Shown: positions 18,214 through 29,394 of the stretch, in pieces
Layout of the letters: each line of letters begins with the position of its first letter
Numbering within the stretch: the stretch's first letter is position 1
Assembly (NCBI GenBank): GCA_033763315.1
Contig: JANRKS010000028.1
Location: forward strand, 154,240 to 218,239
Reading direction: 5' to 3'
Source: Deltaproteobacteria bacterium
GTDB lineage: Bacteria; Myxococcota_A; Polyangia; Fen-1088
DNA: 64,000 nucleotides
The notes under the pieces: model-generated
What the model was told of the DNA's origin: nothing
Databases searched by the model: none
What the model saw: only the letters and a program-made list of their open reading frames with translations
Made by a program: the position numbers and the translations under genes

Positions 18214-19824
18214 ATGAAGGCTGTGGTTGCTCGCCTGACCCGTCGCTGCCTTGTTCTGCTCGCGTTCGCGCTGGCGTGGGGCAGGATGCAACCCGCTCAT
18301 GGGGCCGTGCAACGTTACGCTCTGTTGATCGGCGTTAACGAAGGCCACGCACAAGATCCCCGTCTGCAGTTCGCTGAATCCGACGTAGACAATGTGGCGC
18401 AAACGCTGGAAGCGGTGGGCGGCTTTCGCAGCGATCGCATCGTGCGGCTGAAAAATGCGACGGCTGAACAAACGCGCAACGCTGTCGTCGACTTGAACCT
18501 CTTGATCCAGCGCGACGTCAACGCAGGCACCGAAGCGGTGTTGTTCGTGTATTTTTCGGGCCACGGCGCCGGGGGCGAGCTGCACATGCGCGGCACCACG
18601 CTGGCCACGGAAGAGTTATCGAAGCTCGTGAAGCTTTCGGCGGCGAAGCTCAAGCTTTTGATGCTGGACGCGTGCCGCGCGGGGTCGCTCACGCGGGTCA
18701 AAGGCGGGCGGCAAGTGGCCCCATTTCAGATCGGCATGGCGGAGCAGCTGCGCAACGAAGGCTTCGCCATCATCACGTCTTCAGCAGCGGGTGAAGACGC
18801 CCAAGAATCCGATACGTTGCAGTCATCGGTGTTCACGCATCACTTCTTGGGCGGCCTGCGCGGCTTGGCCGATGCCAACCGGGACGGCCTTGTGACCTTG
18901 GGTGAAGCTTATGGCTACGCCTATGCGCAATCGTTGCGCAGCTCGATGACAACGGTCGTTGGTTCGCAACACGCCACGTTCGATTACGACTTGCGCGGCC
19001 GCGCCGATCCCGTGTTGGCGAATCTCAATGCCGCGCACGCTGAGGCCGAGCTGGTGTTGCGCGATCCGGGGGATTACTTGATCGCGCCCGCGTCGGGCCC
19101 TGGCGCCTTGGTGGAGGCACACGCCACCGAAAACAATACGCGTTTGCGCTTACCGGCGGGAACCTATGGCGTTCGCATGCGTACGCCTCGCCGCATCTTG
19201 CAAACGGATGTGGCGCTGACCGCAGCCCACAGCACATGGCTCACCGCGGACGAGATGACCGCATTGCCGCCGGCTTTGGCCGTTCGCAAAGGCGAAGTGG
19301 CGGCCACGCTCGTGCATGGCCCTTCGCTGGCTGGATCGATGCACGGGCCGGTGGCCAATGGTTTTTCCTCGACGGTGGGGGCTCAACTCGGATGGGCGTT
19401 CGAGTTTCCCAGCATAACGGTGATGCCACGCTTCGGTTTGGGACGCGCCGAGCCCGTTCGTTTGCCGGAGCAGATCCTATCGCATGAGCTCACCGAGTTG
19501 AGCCTCGATGTGGCCGCGCTTTATGTGTTTGATCTGGCGGGCGTGTCCGTGGCGCCGCTGGCGGCCCTCGGCTCGGCTATGTTCTCGCAAACGATCGAAC
19601 GCCTGGATGGCAGCACCACCGCGCGGCCGTGGGCGTTGATGACCAGCGTCGGTGCCTGGGCCAACTGGCCGCTGGCCAAAGGCTTTTCGCTTGAAACCAG
19701 CGCTGAATTGGCGGCGTTCTTCGTACGTCGGCAAAGCGAAAATAACGCCGCCGGCGTAACGTCAACGCCGCAGTCCGGCTCGGCCACGTATCGCGTGTCC
19801 GTGGGTTTAGGCTACCGGTACTAA
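18214..19824 (+). CDS. Exported caspase-family peptidase (C14) with C-terminal outer-membrane beta-barrel-like domain
   Basis: Signal peptide ending AHG; YALLIGVN; FSGHG (His 18562-18564); LDACR (Cys 18673-18675); AQES...SVFTHH; amphipathic beta-strands ending VGLGYRY. Confidence 0.88.
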   Translation: MKAVVARLTRRCLVLLAFALAWGRMQPAHGAVQRYALLIGVNEGHAQDPRLQFAESDVDNVAQTLEAVGGFRSDRIVRLKNATAEQTRNAVVDLNLLIQRDVNAGTEAVLFVYFSGHGAGGELHMRGTTLATEELSKLVKLSAAKLKLLMLDACRAGSLTRVKGGRQVAPFQIGMAEQLRNEGFAIITSSAAGEDAQESDTLQSSVFTHHFLGGLRGLADANRDGLVTLGEAYGYAYAQSLRSSMTTVVGSQHATFDYDLRGRADPVLANLNAAHAEAELVLRDPGDYLIAPASGPGALVEAHATENNTRLRLPAGTYGVRMRTPRRILQTDVALTAAHSTWLTADEMTALPPALAVRKGEVAATLVHGPSLAGSMHGPVANGFSSTVGAQLGWAFEFPSITVMPRFGLGRAEPVRLPEQILSHELTELSLDVAALYVFDLAGVSVAPLAALGSAMFSQTIERLDGSTTARPWALMTSVGAWANWPLAKGFSLETSAELAAFFVRRQSENNAAGVTSTPQSGSATYRVSVGLGYRY

Positions 19825-19856
19825 CAAGACCCGTCTGCTAGGTTTGGACGGCGCTC

Positions 19857-21134
<1,278 letters not shown>

Positions 21135-21201
21135 AGGTGGCAAGAACCTAAACGCAGCCCGTCCTTGACACGCCAGGCGCGAAAGTGCGTCACTACCCGC
21201 T

Positions 21202-24200
21202 ATGGCCTCTGTTTGGCAAGCGTTAGGGCGTTTCTTTCGAGCGATCTTTGGGCAATGGCAACCACCACCGTGGGCCGTGTTTCTGGGCAACAAAACCCGG
21301 CAAGGCGGACGGTGGGCGACGCAACACAAGCGCGCTTCTGCGGTTTCATTGCTGCTGTTGATCGGCCTCGGTGCGGGTGGCTTCTTCGGCTATCGCGCTT
21401 GGAAGAGCCGTCCGCAACCCGAGCTTGTGCAAGTGTCGCTCAACCCGCCCGGCCTCACGGTGTTGCAAGAACATCTGCAGCCCCAGCCCTTGACGGTTGA
21501 GTTCGAAAGATCCGTCGCGCCATTGGCCGCGGTCGATAAAGTTCTGAAGGCCGGCGTGGCCCTTTCACCACGCGTGCCGGGCACGTGGAAGTGGATCTCG
21601 GATCGCCAGCTCGCGTTTACGCCAAAAACCGATTGGCCCGTGGGGCAAGAAATCGCGGTCACCTTTGACAAGAAGGGCTTCGTCGCTCCGCACATCAAGC
21701 TCAAAGAATACCAACTGACGTTCAAGACGGCGCCCTTCGAGGTGCAGCTTGAACAAAGTGAGTTCTACCAAGATCCTGCCAACCCCTCATTGAAGAAGGC
21801 TGTGGCGACCTTTGCTTTCAGTCACGCCGTAAACACAGACACCTTTGCTCAGAACCTCAAGCTCACGTTCGAACCCTCGAACAAGGAAGAAGCTGCGTTC
21901 GCACCCGCCTTTCACATCACATACGACAAGCTAAAGGGCAAAGCGTTCGTGCACTCGGATCCGTTGCCGGTGCCCCAGAAGGACGCGACCGTGGTGTTGA
22001 CGCTCAAACCAGGCACACGTGCGGCGGCCGGGGGGCCTGGCAAAGACACAGAGGTGGTGGGCCGCGTGGCAGTGCCCGGCCTCTACAACTTCTTTCGCAT
22101 CGCAAACGTCTACACGCAGGTGGTGGACAACCCGCGCATGGAGCCAGAACAGATCTTGTTCTTCGACACTTCGACCGGCGTGGCCAACAAAGAACTGACC
22201 GCGAACATCGAGGTGTGGACCTTGCCCGTCTACCACCCCACCGAACAAACGACACCCGAGAGCCGCAGCTCGCCTTACCGCTGGAGCAGCCCCGAAATGA
22301 TCTCGCCCGCCATCTTAAAGGGCGGCCAGAAGTTGAAGCTGCAAGCCTTGCCTACGGTGCGGGAGTACGATGTGCAGCACACTTACCGGCACGAAGCGCC
22401 GATCGGTCGCTTTCTTTATGTGCAAGTGAAGAAGGGCGTCAAAGCGTTCGGCGGCTACCTGTTGGGCGACACGCAGACCTTCATCGTGGAGGTGCCGCCC
22501 TTTCCTCGCCAGTTGAAGATCATGCACTCAGGCGCGCTGTTGGCCAGCAGCGGTGATCGCAAAGTCAGCGTTTTCACGCGCGACGTGCCGCAAATCAAAT
22601 TGCAGGTCGCACGCATTTTGCCGTCACAGATCCAGCATCTGGTGGCGAGGAGCCATGGCTCGTTCGCGCAACCGTCATTCTCGTGGGATTTCGATCTCGA
22701 GAACATGGCGCAGTTTCAAGATGAGACGCGCACGTTGGCGCAAACCCCAGGAAAACCTGTGTATGAGACGTTGGATCTGACGCCCTATTTGCCCAAAGAG
22801 GGTCCGCGCCGCGGGCTGTTTCACATCAAAGTGCAAAGCTGGAAAGACAGCTACGCGCTGGGAGAATCAGATGAGCGCTTCATCTTGCTTTCGGATCTGG
22901 GCGTGTTCGTCAAGCGCACCGTATCGGGTACGCGAAGTGTGTTTGTGCAGAGCATCGCGGCGGGCACGCCTGTGGCGGACGCGCAGGTGGAAGTGCTCGG
23001 CAAAAACGGCATGGTGGTGGCGCGCGCGCGCACGGGGGCCGATGGCAAAGCCGAACTTGCGAACCTCGAATCGCTGCGCGCGGAAAAGTCACCGGTGCTT
23101 GTGCTCGTGAACGCCGGCAACGACACTTCATTTTTGCCGTGGGACCGCCGCGATCGCGAGATGGACGTGTCGCGCTTTGACGTGGGCGGCGTGGCTGAAA
23201 GCGAAGAGGCCGGCAAATTGGCCGCGTACGGTTTCTCAGATCGCACGCTTTACCGCCCGCAAGAAACGTTTCACGTGGGCTTCATCGTGCGCAGCCAAGA
23301 CTGGGCGGCCAACTACAACGGCTTGCCGTTGGTGGCCACAATCACCGATCCACGCGGCATGGAGGTCAAAAGTGAACCGGTGACGTTGGACGCCTCGGGC
23401 TTCGCGGCGATTGATTACACCACAAGGTACACGGCACCCACGGGCAGCTATGCGGTAAACCTTTATCTGGTGAAAAAGGGCGTGCCCAGCGATCTGCTGG
23501 GCTCCACCACGGTGCAGGTACGCGAATTCTTGCCGGATCGAATGACCATCAAGGTTGAATTGACGAAACAGAACACCGGCGGCTGGACCACCGCACAGGA
23601 TCTGGATGCCAAGGTAACGCTGACAAATCTTTACGGCACGCCCGCATCGAACAAACGCGTGGTGACGCGGATTTCCCTTACACCTGGGATTCCAAGTGTG
23701 CGCGGCATGCCGGGCTTTCGGTTCTACGATCCATTGAAGCCAAACGATCCGGTGCAAGAGACACTGGCCGCGGAACACACGAACGATGACGGAACTGCCG
23801 AGATTAAACTGAACCTGCAGCGCTTTGCGCCCGCCACGTACCGCTTGAGCGTGATGGCCGAAGGCTTTGAGGGCGAAGGCGGACGCAGCGTGGCCGCCGA
23901 GGCGACAACGTTCGTGTCGCCTTTGCCTTACATGATTGGCTACAAAACCGAAGGCGACCTTTCCTACTTGCACATGGGCTCGGCGCAAGTCGTGCTGCTC
24001 GCAGCGGCCTCGCCCGAAGGCGAGCGGATGAGCGTGGGTGGCCTGACGCAAGTGCTCCTGGAACGAACGTACGTCTCTGCTTTGGTGAAGCAAGCGAACG
24101 GCACATACCGCTATGAATCCGTGGGCAAGGATGTGGAACGCTCGCGCAAGCCCTTGCAGTTCAGCAAGGCTGACACGGCTGTGACCTTGCCCACCGACAA

Positions 24201-27057
24201 ACCGGGCACATTCTTTCTCACGGTGCAAAACGCCGAAGGGCTGGAGCTGCAGCGCGTGCCGTTCACCGTGGCCGGCCAAGCCAATCTGGCACGAACAATG
24301 GATCGCATCACCGAACTGCAGCTTTCGCTGGCCAATGCCAGCGTAGACCCAGGCGCGCCTTTGGAAGTGCAGATCAAAGCGCCGTACGCGGGCTCGGGGC
24401 TCATCACGATCGAACGCGATCGCGTGTATGCACACAAATGGTTTCACACAGACACCACGGGCACCATTGAGAAGATCGACGTGCCCGCGGGGTTGGAAGC
24501 CGGTGGGTATGTTTCAGTGGCGATGATTCGGGATGCGGCCTCTGCCGATGTGTTCGTAAGCCCGTTGTCTTATGGAATCGTTCCGTTTTCAATTAGCCGC
24601 GATCAGCGGCGCATCAACGTCAAAGTGGACGCGCCCGCGTTAGCGAAGCCAGGCGTGGTCATGAAGCTCAACGTCACGGCCGACAAGCCTGGGCGCGCCG
24701 TGGTGTTCGCCGTGGATGAAGGCATCTTGCGCGTGGCCAAACATCCCAACCCGGATCCATTGGGTCACTTTCTGCAAAAGCGGCAACTGGGCGTTTCCAC
24801 AACTCAGATCCTAGATCTCATTCTGCCCGAGCATCGCTTATTGATGCAGGCGCTTGCCCCTGGTGGTGGCGACGAAGCGGATGCCAGCGCTTTGGGTGCC
24901 AATTTAAACCCTTTCAAACGCAAGCAAGACATCCCCGCGGTGTATTGGTCGGGCCTGGTGGATGTGGGGCCGCAAGCCAAAGAACTAAGCTTCTTGGTGC
25001 CGGATAGTTTCGCGGGCACGTTGCGCGTGATGGCCGTGGCCGCGAATGCCAGCGCCGTGGGTGCCTATGTGGGGCAAAGCTTGGTGCGCGGCGATTTTGT
25101 GATCAGCCCCAACGTACCTACGTTCGTCGCACCCGGCGATATGTTCGACGTGCCAGTGACGGTGGCCAACAACGTGGAGGGTTCAGGCAAAGCCGCCAAC
25201 GTGACGTTAACGCTGCAAACCACGCCGCATGTTGAAGTTGTGGGCAGCGCCAAAGCCTCCCTCACCGTGGGCGAATTGCATGAAGCGGCCACCACTTTCA
25301 AGCTGCGCGCCAAAGACACACTGGGCTCGGCAGGGCTGACGTGGAAGGCCACGCTTGGCAAAGCGTTTGGGCAACGCCGGGTGGATGTCAGCGTGCGGCC
25401 CGCGGCGCCCTTCCTATCGACTTTGAATGTTGGGTATCTGAAAAACGGCAGCAAGAAGGTGCCCGTGCAGCGGCAGCTTTATGGTGCCTTTCGCACGTTG
25501 CAGACGGGGCTATCACCCGTGCCCACCACGCTGTCTTCGGGGTTGGCACGCTACTTGGAGAAATTCCCGCACGGATGCACCGAGCAGATCAGCAGCCAAG
25601 CGGTGCCAGCGCTTGTGATGGCAAGCCCGGGGGGCGGCAGTGCACCGCCCGTGGACGCCGCCAACGCGGTATCACGCTTCACCGAGCTGGTGGCCACACG
25701 GCAGAACGATGAAGGCGGCTTCGGCTTGTGGGTCGCAACCCCGAACGCGGCACCGCTGGCCAGCGTTTACACAATGCTTGTGTTAACCGAGGCCAAAGAT
25801 CGTGGCTTTCCCGTCGCTGCGCGCGTGATGGACAACGGCCTGCGGTACTTGGAAACCGTGGCAGACGCCACACCTGATGATCTTGCGGGCGCGCGCCTGC
25901 GTACGATGGCGATCTATGTACTGACCCGCAACGCGGTGGTGACCACACGGTACGCGTCGGCGGCACAAAAACACATGGAGGCCAATTACGCCAAGGCGTG
26001 GCGTGACGATCCCGCGGCAGCCTATTTGGCGGGCGCATACGCCCTTTTGCAAGATCAGGCCTTGGCTGAAAAGCTGAGCCAACCTCTGGCGCTGGGACGC
26101 GATCGGCAACCCGATTACGCCGCTTACTACGACAACATGGCGCACGACGCGCAGGTGCTCTACGTCTTGGCCAAGCACTTCGCACCGCAAGCGGCGAAGC
26201 TGCCCTCCAGCGCGCTTGAGGGGATGTTGCGTATGATTGAGAAAGGCGCCTACAACACCTTCTCGTCGGCGTTCTCCATTTTGGCGTTGGATAGTTACGC
26301 TCGCGCAGGCGCGGCCGCCAGTGGTGGCCAACGCAGTGTCGCGCAATGGTTGGCGGGCAAGGCGGAGCCGCTCGCGTTGCCGCAAACCGCGGGCGCGATG
26401 ATCGATTTTTCGCCCAAGGCAAGCGCGTTGGAGTTTAACGTGACGGGTGATTTCGGTGCCTACTTCGTCGTCAGCCAACAAGGCTTTGATCAGGTGCTGC
26501 CCACCAAGCCGCGCGCGGAGAAAGTGGAAGTGTTCCGCGAGTACATCGGCAAGGACAACGCGACGCTCACACAGGTGGCCGCGGGTGATGAGATCCGCGT
26601 GCGTTTGCGCGCGCGCAGCCTCGACGGTTACATTCCCAATGCGGCCATCATCGATCTGCTGCCCGGAGGCTTCGAGGTCGTGATCCAAAGCGCGTCGTCC
26701 GGCACAGCTGACAACGACAACACGGGTGACCAGGGCGAAGCCGAAGGTGATGCTGAAGGCAACGACGAAAGCAACGGCGGCGACGAGGCACCACCTGAAA
26801 CGCCCGCCAGCGGATTCGGGGTGCCCATCGCCATGCCCGGATCTGATCTGCCCCTGGCCTACGGCGACGTGCGCGAGGATCGAGTTGTGTTGTACGCCGA
26901 TCTTGGCCCTGACGCGCACACGTTCATCTACACGATCAAGGCCACGAACACTGGCGACTATGTGGTGCCGCCCATCTTGGCCGAATCGCTTTACGATCGC
27001 GCGGTGCGCGCCGTGGGCGTCCCTGGCAAGATGACCGTGCAAGCGCCCAAACAATAA
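21202..27057 (+). CDS. Bacterial alpha-2-macroglobulin
   Basis: SDRTLYRPQE, AVDEGIL, thioester GCTEQ, IIDLLPGGFE, DVREDRV; followed by pbpC. Confidence 0.93.
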   Translation: MASVWQALGRFFRAIFGQWQPPPWAVFLGNKTRQGGRWATQHKRASAVSLLLLIGLGAGGFFGYRAWKSRPQPELVQVSLNPPGLTVLQEHLQPQPLTVEFERSVAPLAAVDKVLKAGVALSPRVPGTWKWISDRQLAFTPKTDWPVGQEIAVTFDKKGFVAPHIKLKEYQLTFKTAPFEVQLEQSEFYQDPANPSLKKAVATFAFSHAVNTDTFAQNLKLTFEPSNKEEAAFAPAFHITYDKLKGKAFVHSDPLPVPQKDATVVLTLKPGTRAAAGGPGKDTEVVGRVAVPGLYNFFRIANVYTQVVDNPRMEPEQILFFDTSTGVANKELTANIEVWTLPVYHPTEQTTPESRSSPYRWSSPEMISPAILKGGQKLKLQALPTVREYDVQHTYRHEAPIGRFLYVQVKKGVKAFGGYLLGDTQTFIVEVPPFPRQLKIMHSGALLASSGDRKVSVFTRDVPQIKLQVARILPSQIQHLVARSHGSFAQPSFSWDFDLENMAQFQDETRTLAQTPGKPVYETLDLTPYLPKEGPRRGLFHIKVQSWKDSYALGESDERFILLSDLGVFVKRTVSGTRSVFVQSIAAGTPVADAQVEVLGKNGMVVARARTGADGKAELANLESLRAEKSPVLVLVNAGNDTSFLPWDRRDREMDVSRFDVGGVAESEEAGKLAAYGFSDRTLYRPQETFHVGFIVRSQDWAANYNGLPLVATITDPRGMEVKSEPVTLDASGFAAIDYTTRYTAPTGSYAVNLYLVKKGVPSDLLGSTTVQVREFLPDRMTIKVELTKQNTGGWTTAQDLDAKVTLTNLYGTPASNKRVVTRISLTPGIPSVRGMPGFRFYDPLKPNDPVQETLAAEHTNDDGTAEIKLNLQRFAPATYRLSVMAEGFEGEGGRSVAAEATTFVSPLPYMIGYKTEGDLSYLHMGSAQVVLLAAASPEGERMSVGGLTQVLLERTYVSALVKQANGTYRYESVGKDVERSRKPLQFSKADTAVTLPTDKPGTFFLTVQNAEGLELQRVPFTVAGQANLARTMDRITELQLSLANASVDPGAPLEVQIKAPYAGSGLITIERDRVYAHKWFHTDTTGTIEKIDVPAGLEAGGYVSVAMIRDAASADVFVSPLSYGIVPFSISRDQRRINVKVDAPALAKPGVVMKLNVTADKPGRAVVFAVDEGILRVAKHPNPDPLGHFLQKRQLGVSTTQILDLILPEHRLLMQALAPGGGDEADASALGANLNPFKRKQDIPAVYWSGLVDVGPQAKELSFLVPDSFAGTLRVMAVAANASAVGAYVGQSLVRGDFVISPNVPTFVAPGDMFDVPVTVANNVEGSGKAANVTLTLQTTPHVEVVGSAKASLTVGELHEAATTFKLRAKDTLGSAGLTWKATLGKAFGQRRVDVSVRPAAPFLSTLNVGYLKNGSKKVPVQRQLYGAFRTLQTGLSPVPTTLSSGLARYLEKFPHGCTEQISSQAVPALVMASPGGGSAPPVDAANAVSRFTELVATRQNDEGGFGLWVATPNAAPLASVYTMLVLTEAKDRGFPVAARVMDNGLRYLETVADATPDDLAGARLRTMAIYVLTRNAVVTTRYASAAQKHMEANYAKAWRDDPAAAYLAGAYALLQDQALAEKLSQPLALGRDRQPDYAAYYDNMAHDAQVLYVLAKHFAPQAAKLPSSALEGMLRMIEKGAYNTFSSAFSILALDSYARAGAAASGGQRSVAQWLAGKAEPLALPQTAGAMIDFSPKASALEFNVTGDFGAYFVVSQQGFDQVLPTKPRAEKVEVFREYIGKDNATLTQVAAGDEIRVRLRARSLDGYIPNAAIIDLLPGGFEVVIQSASSGTADNDNTGDQGEAEGDAEGNDESNGGDEAPPETPASGFGVPIAMPGSDLPLAYGDVREDRVVLYADLGPDAHTFIYTIKATNTGDYVVPPILAESLYDRAVRAVGVPGKMTVQAPKQ

Positions 27058-27060
27058 TTC

Positions 27061-29394
27061 ATGAGGTGGCTGGGCACGCGCAAGACCGCCGCGTTTATCA
27101 GCGGCGCCGTTTTCGGTTGGTTGGTGGGCGTAGCGGCGCTGCCCCACCCACCGCTGTCTCGCCGCGCGCCTTTGTCCCGTGCCGTCTACGCCGCTGATGG
27201 CACTTTGATGCGCTTAACATTGGCCAGCGACGGCCAGTACCGTTTGTGGACGCCGCTCGCAAACATCTCGCCTGCGCTTGTGCAAGCAACCCTGCTTTAC
27301 GAGGACAAACACTTTCGCCGCCACCTAGGGATTAACCCATGGGCACTCGTGCGCGCCACCGCCACATCCCTGTTTGGCCACCGCCGCATGGGAGGCTCCA
27401 CATTGACGATGCAACTGGCACGGCGCTTGTGGAACATCGACTCGCGCGGCCCGCTCGGAAAGTTGTGGCAGATGGCGACCGCACTTCATCTGGAACTGGC
27501 CTACAGCAAAGACGAACTTCTTGAAGCGTATTTGAACCTCGTACCCTACGGCGGCAACATTGAGGGCGTGGGCGCCGCCGCGCGCGTCTACTTCGCAAAG
27601 GCCCCCCAAGGGCTACAGGTCACCGATGCCGTCACATTGGCGGTGATTCCCCAAAGCCCAGGCGCGCGTGGCACGCCAGTGGCGCGTGGGCACACCATTC
27701 CCCCCGCGCTCACGCAAGCGCGGACCCGCTTGTGGGCGCTATGGCAAAAGCAGCACAGCACACATCCATCAGACGCTGTGGTGTTGAGTCAACCGCCCCA
27801 GATGAAATCGCTGCGCCAACTGCCGTTTCTCGCCGCGCATCTAACAGAAGAAGCGCTGGCAAAAAGCAAAGCAGACGTAGTGACAACCACGCTGCATCCG
27901 CGTTTGCAACGTGTGGCCGAACGTGAAGTGTCACGCTTTATAGCCACGCAAAGAGAGCTCGGCATTCACAACGCCACCGTGCTAATCGCTCACCACGCCA
28001 GCTCTGAAATCGTGGCGCTGGTGGGATCGGCCGATTATTTCTCCAACGCCATCGCAGGCGCGGTTGATGGCACAGCGGCGCGCCGATCTCCAGGTTCAAC
28101 ACTCAAGCCTTTCGTTTATGGCTTGGCCATGGACCAAGGCCTCATTCACCCGCAAACGTTGGTGCGCGATGCGCCCACGCGCTTTTCCGATTACGTGCCC
28201 GAAAACTTTGATGGTGAATTTGCCGGGCCGGTGTCCGCCACAGACGCTTTGGTGCGCAGCCGCAACATTCCTGCCGTGGCATTGGCGGCGAAACTCACCA
28301 GCCCCACATTGTTTGGCTTGCTTCGCCAAGCGGGCGTGGGCGATCTCGTCGATGAAGCACACTATGGTTTAGGGATCGCGCTCGGCGCCGCCGAGCTGAC
28401 GATGCGCGAGTTGACGGCGCTTTACGCAAGCCTCGCGCAAGCAGGCAACCACCGACCGCTCACCCTATTCAAAACACCGACGCCACAGCCCACGATTTCG
28501 CTACTGTCTCCGCAAGCAAGTTACCTGACGCTGACGATGTTGGCGCAAACACCTCGGCCAGACGCTTTGGATCCCGTGGGGGTCATGAACGAGCGCCCCG
28601 CCATACCGTGGAAAACGGGCACTTCGTGGGGCTTTCGCGACGCATGGAGCGTAGGCATTGTGGGACCTTACGTGTTGGCCGTATGGGTCGGCGACTTTGC
28701 TTCGCGCAGCAACCCAGCCTACGTTGGGCGCAAGGCGGCCGCGCCCTTGTTCTTTGCGATCGCCGACGCGATGTTCGCCAGTGGTTTGGCGAAGCCATGG
28801 ATGCCATCGCCTCCGCCTGGCGTGAGCCGCGTGCCCGTGTGTGCCTTAACAGGCGCCCTGCCCGGCCCCGATTGCCCTGCCACACACAAGGGTTGGTTTA
28901 TCCCAGGACGCTCGCCGATCACACGCTGTGAAGTGCATCGCGCTTTGACCATCGACGACAAAACCAACCAACGCGTTTGCCAAGCTGTGCCAGGGCACAC
29001 AACACACAAAGCGTTGTATGAAGTGTGGCCTTCGGATCTCGCGGCGCTTTTCGTGGCCGCGGGCTTGCCACGCCAATCATTGCCGCCGCCTGGGCCGGGA
29101 TGCCGCGCGCTTGAGGAGAACACCGGGCAGCCACCACGACTGACTTCACCCAGCGCCAACGCCGCCTTTGCTTTGACGGGCGCGCCAAGTTCGTGGAAGC
29201 CCGTGCCTCTGCGCGCCGAAATTGACGGCGACGCCGCCGAGGTCTTCTATTTCGTTGACGGTAGTTTCGCGGGCCGCGCGAAAGGCGGCGTGCCCGTGTT
29301 CTGGGCCCCGCGACCCGGCAAATTTCTGGTGCGTGCGATCGACGATCGCGGCCGCGACAGCGCCATCCAAATGGTTGTGCAGGTGGTGCAATGA
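27061..29394 (+). CDS. pbpC: Penicillin-binding protein 1C
   Basis: Transglycosylase motifs EDKHF and GGSTLTMQLAR; transpeptidase STLK, SRN, KTG; C-terminal BiPBP domain. Confidence 0.94.
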   Translation: MRWLGTRKTAAFISGAVFGWLVGVAALPHPPLSRRAPLSRAVYAADGTLMRLTLASDGQYRLWTPLANISPALVQATLLYEDKHFRRHLGINPWALVRATATSLFGHRRMGGSTLTMQLARRLWNIDSRGPLGKLWQMATALHLELAYSKDELLEAYLNLVPYGGNIEGVGAAARVYFAKAPQGLQVTDAVTLAVIPQSPGARGTPVARGHTIPPALTQARTRLWALWQKQHSTHPSDAVVLSQPPQMKSLRQLPFLAAHLTEEALAKSKADVVTTTLHPRLQRVAEREVSRFIATQRELGIHNATVLIAHHASSEIVALVGSADYFSNAIAGAVDGTAARRSPGSTLKPFVYGLAMDQGLIHPQTLVRDAPTRFSDYVPENFDGEFAGPVSATDALVRSRNIPAVALAAKLTSPTLFGLLRQAGVGDLVDEAHYGLGIALGAAELTMRELTALYASLAQAGNHRPLTLFKTPTPQPTISLLSPQASYLTLTMLAQTPRPDALDPVGVMNERPAIPWKTGTSWGFRDAWSVGIVGPYVLAVWVGDFASRSNPAYVGRKAAAPLFFAIADAMFASGLAKPWMPSPPPGVSRVPVCALTGALPGPDCPATHKGWFIPGRSPITRCEVHRALTIDDKTNQRVCQAVPGHTTHKALYEVWPSDLAALFVAAGLPRQSLPPPGPGCRALEENTGQPPRLTSPSANAAFALTGAPSSWKPVPLRAEIDGDAAEVFYFVDGSFAGRAKGGVPVFWAPRPGKFLVRAIDDRGRDSAIQMVVQVVQ

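Noticed and set aside
23236-27147. Long antisense ORFs (403, 247 and 454 aa) inside the A2M gene, and similar ORFs elsewhere
   Set aside because: Shadow frames typical of high-GC coding DNA, with no recognisable motifs.
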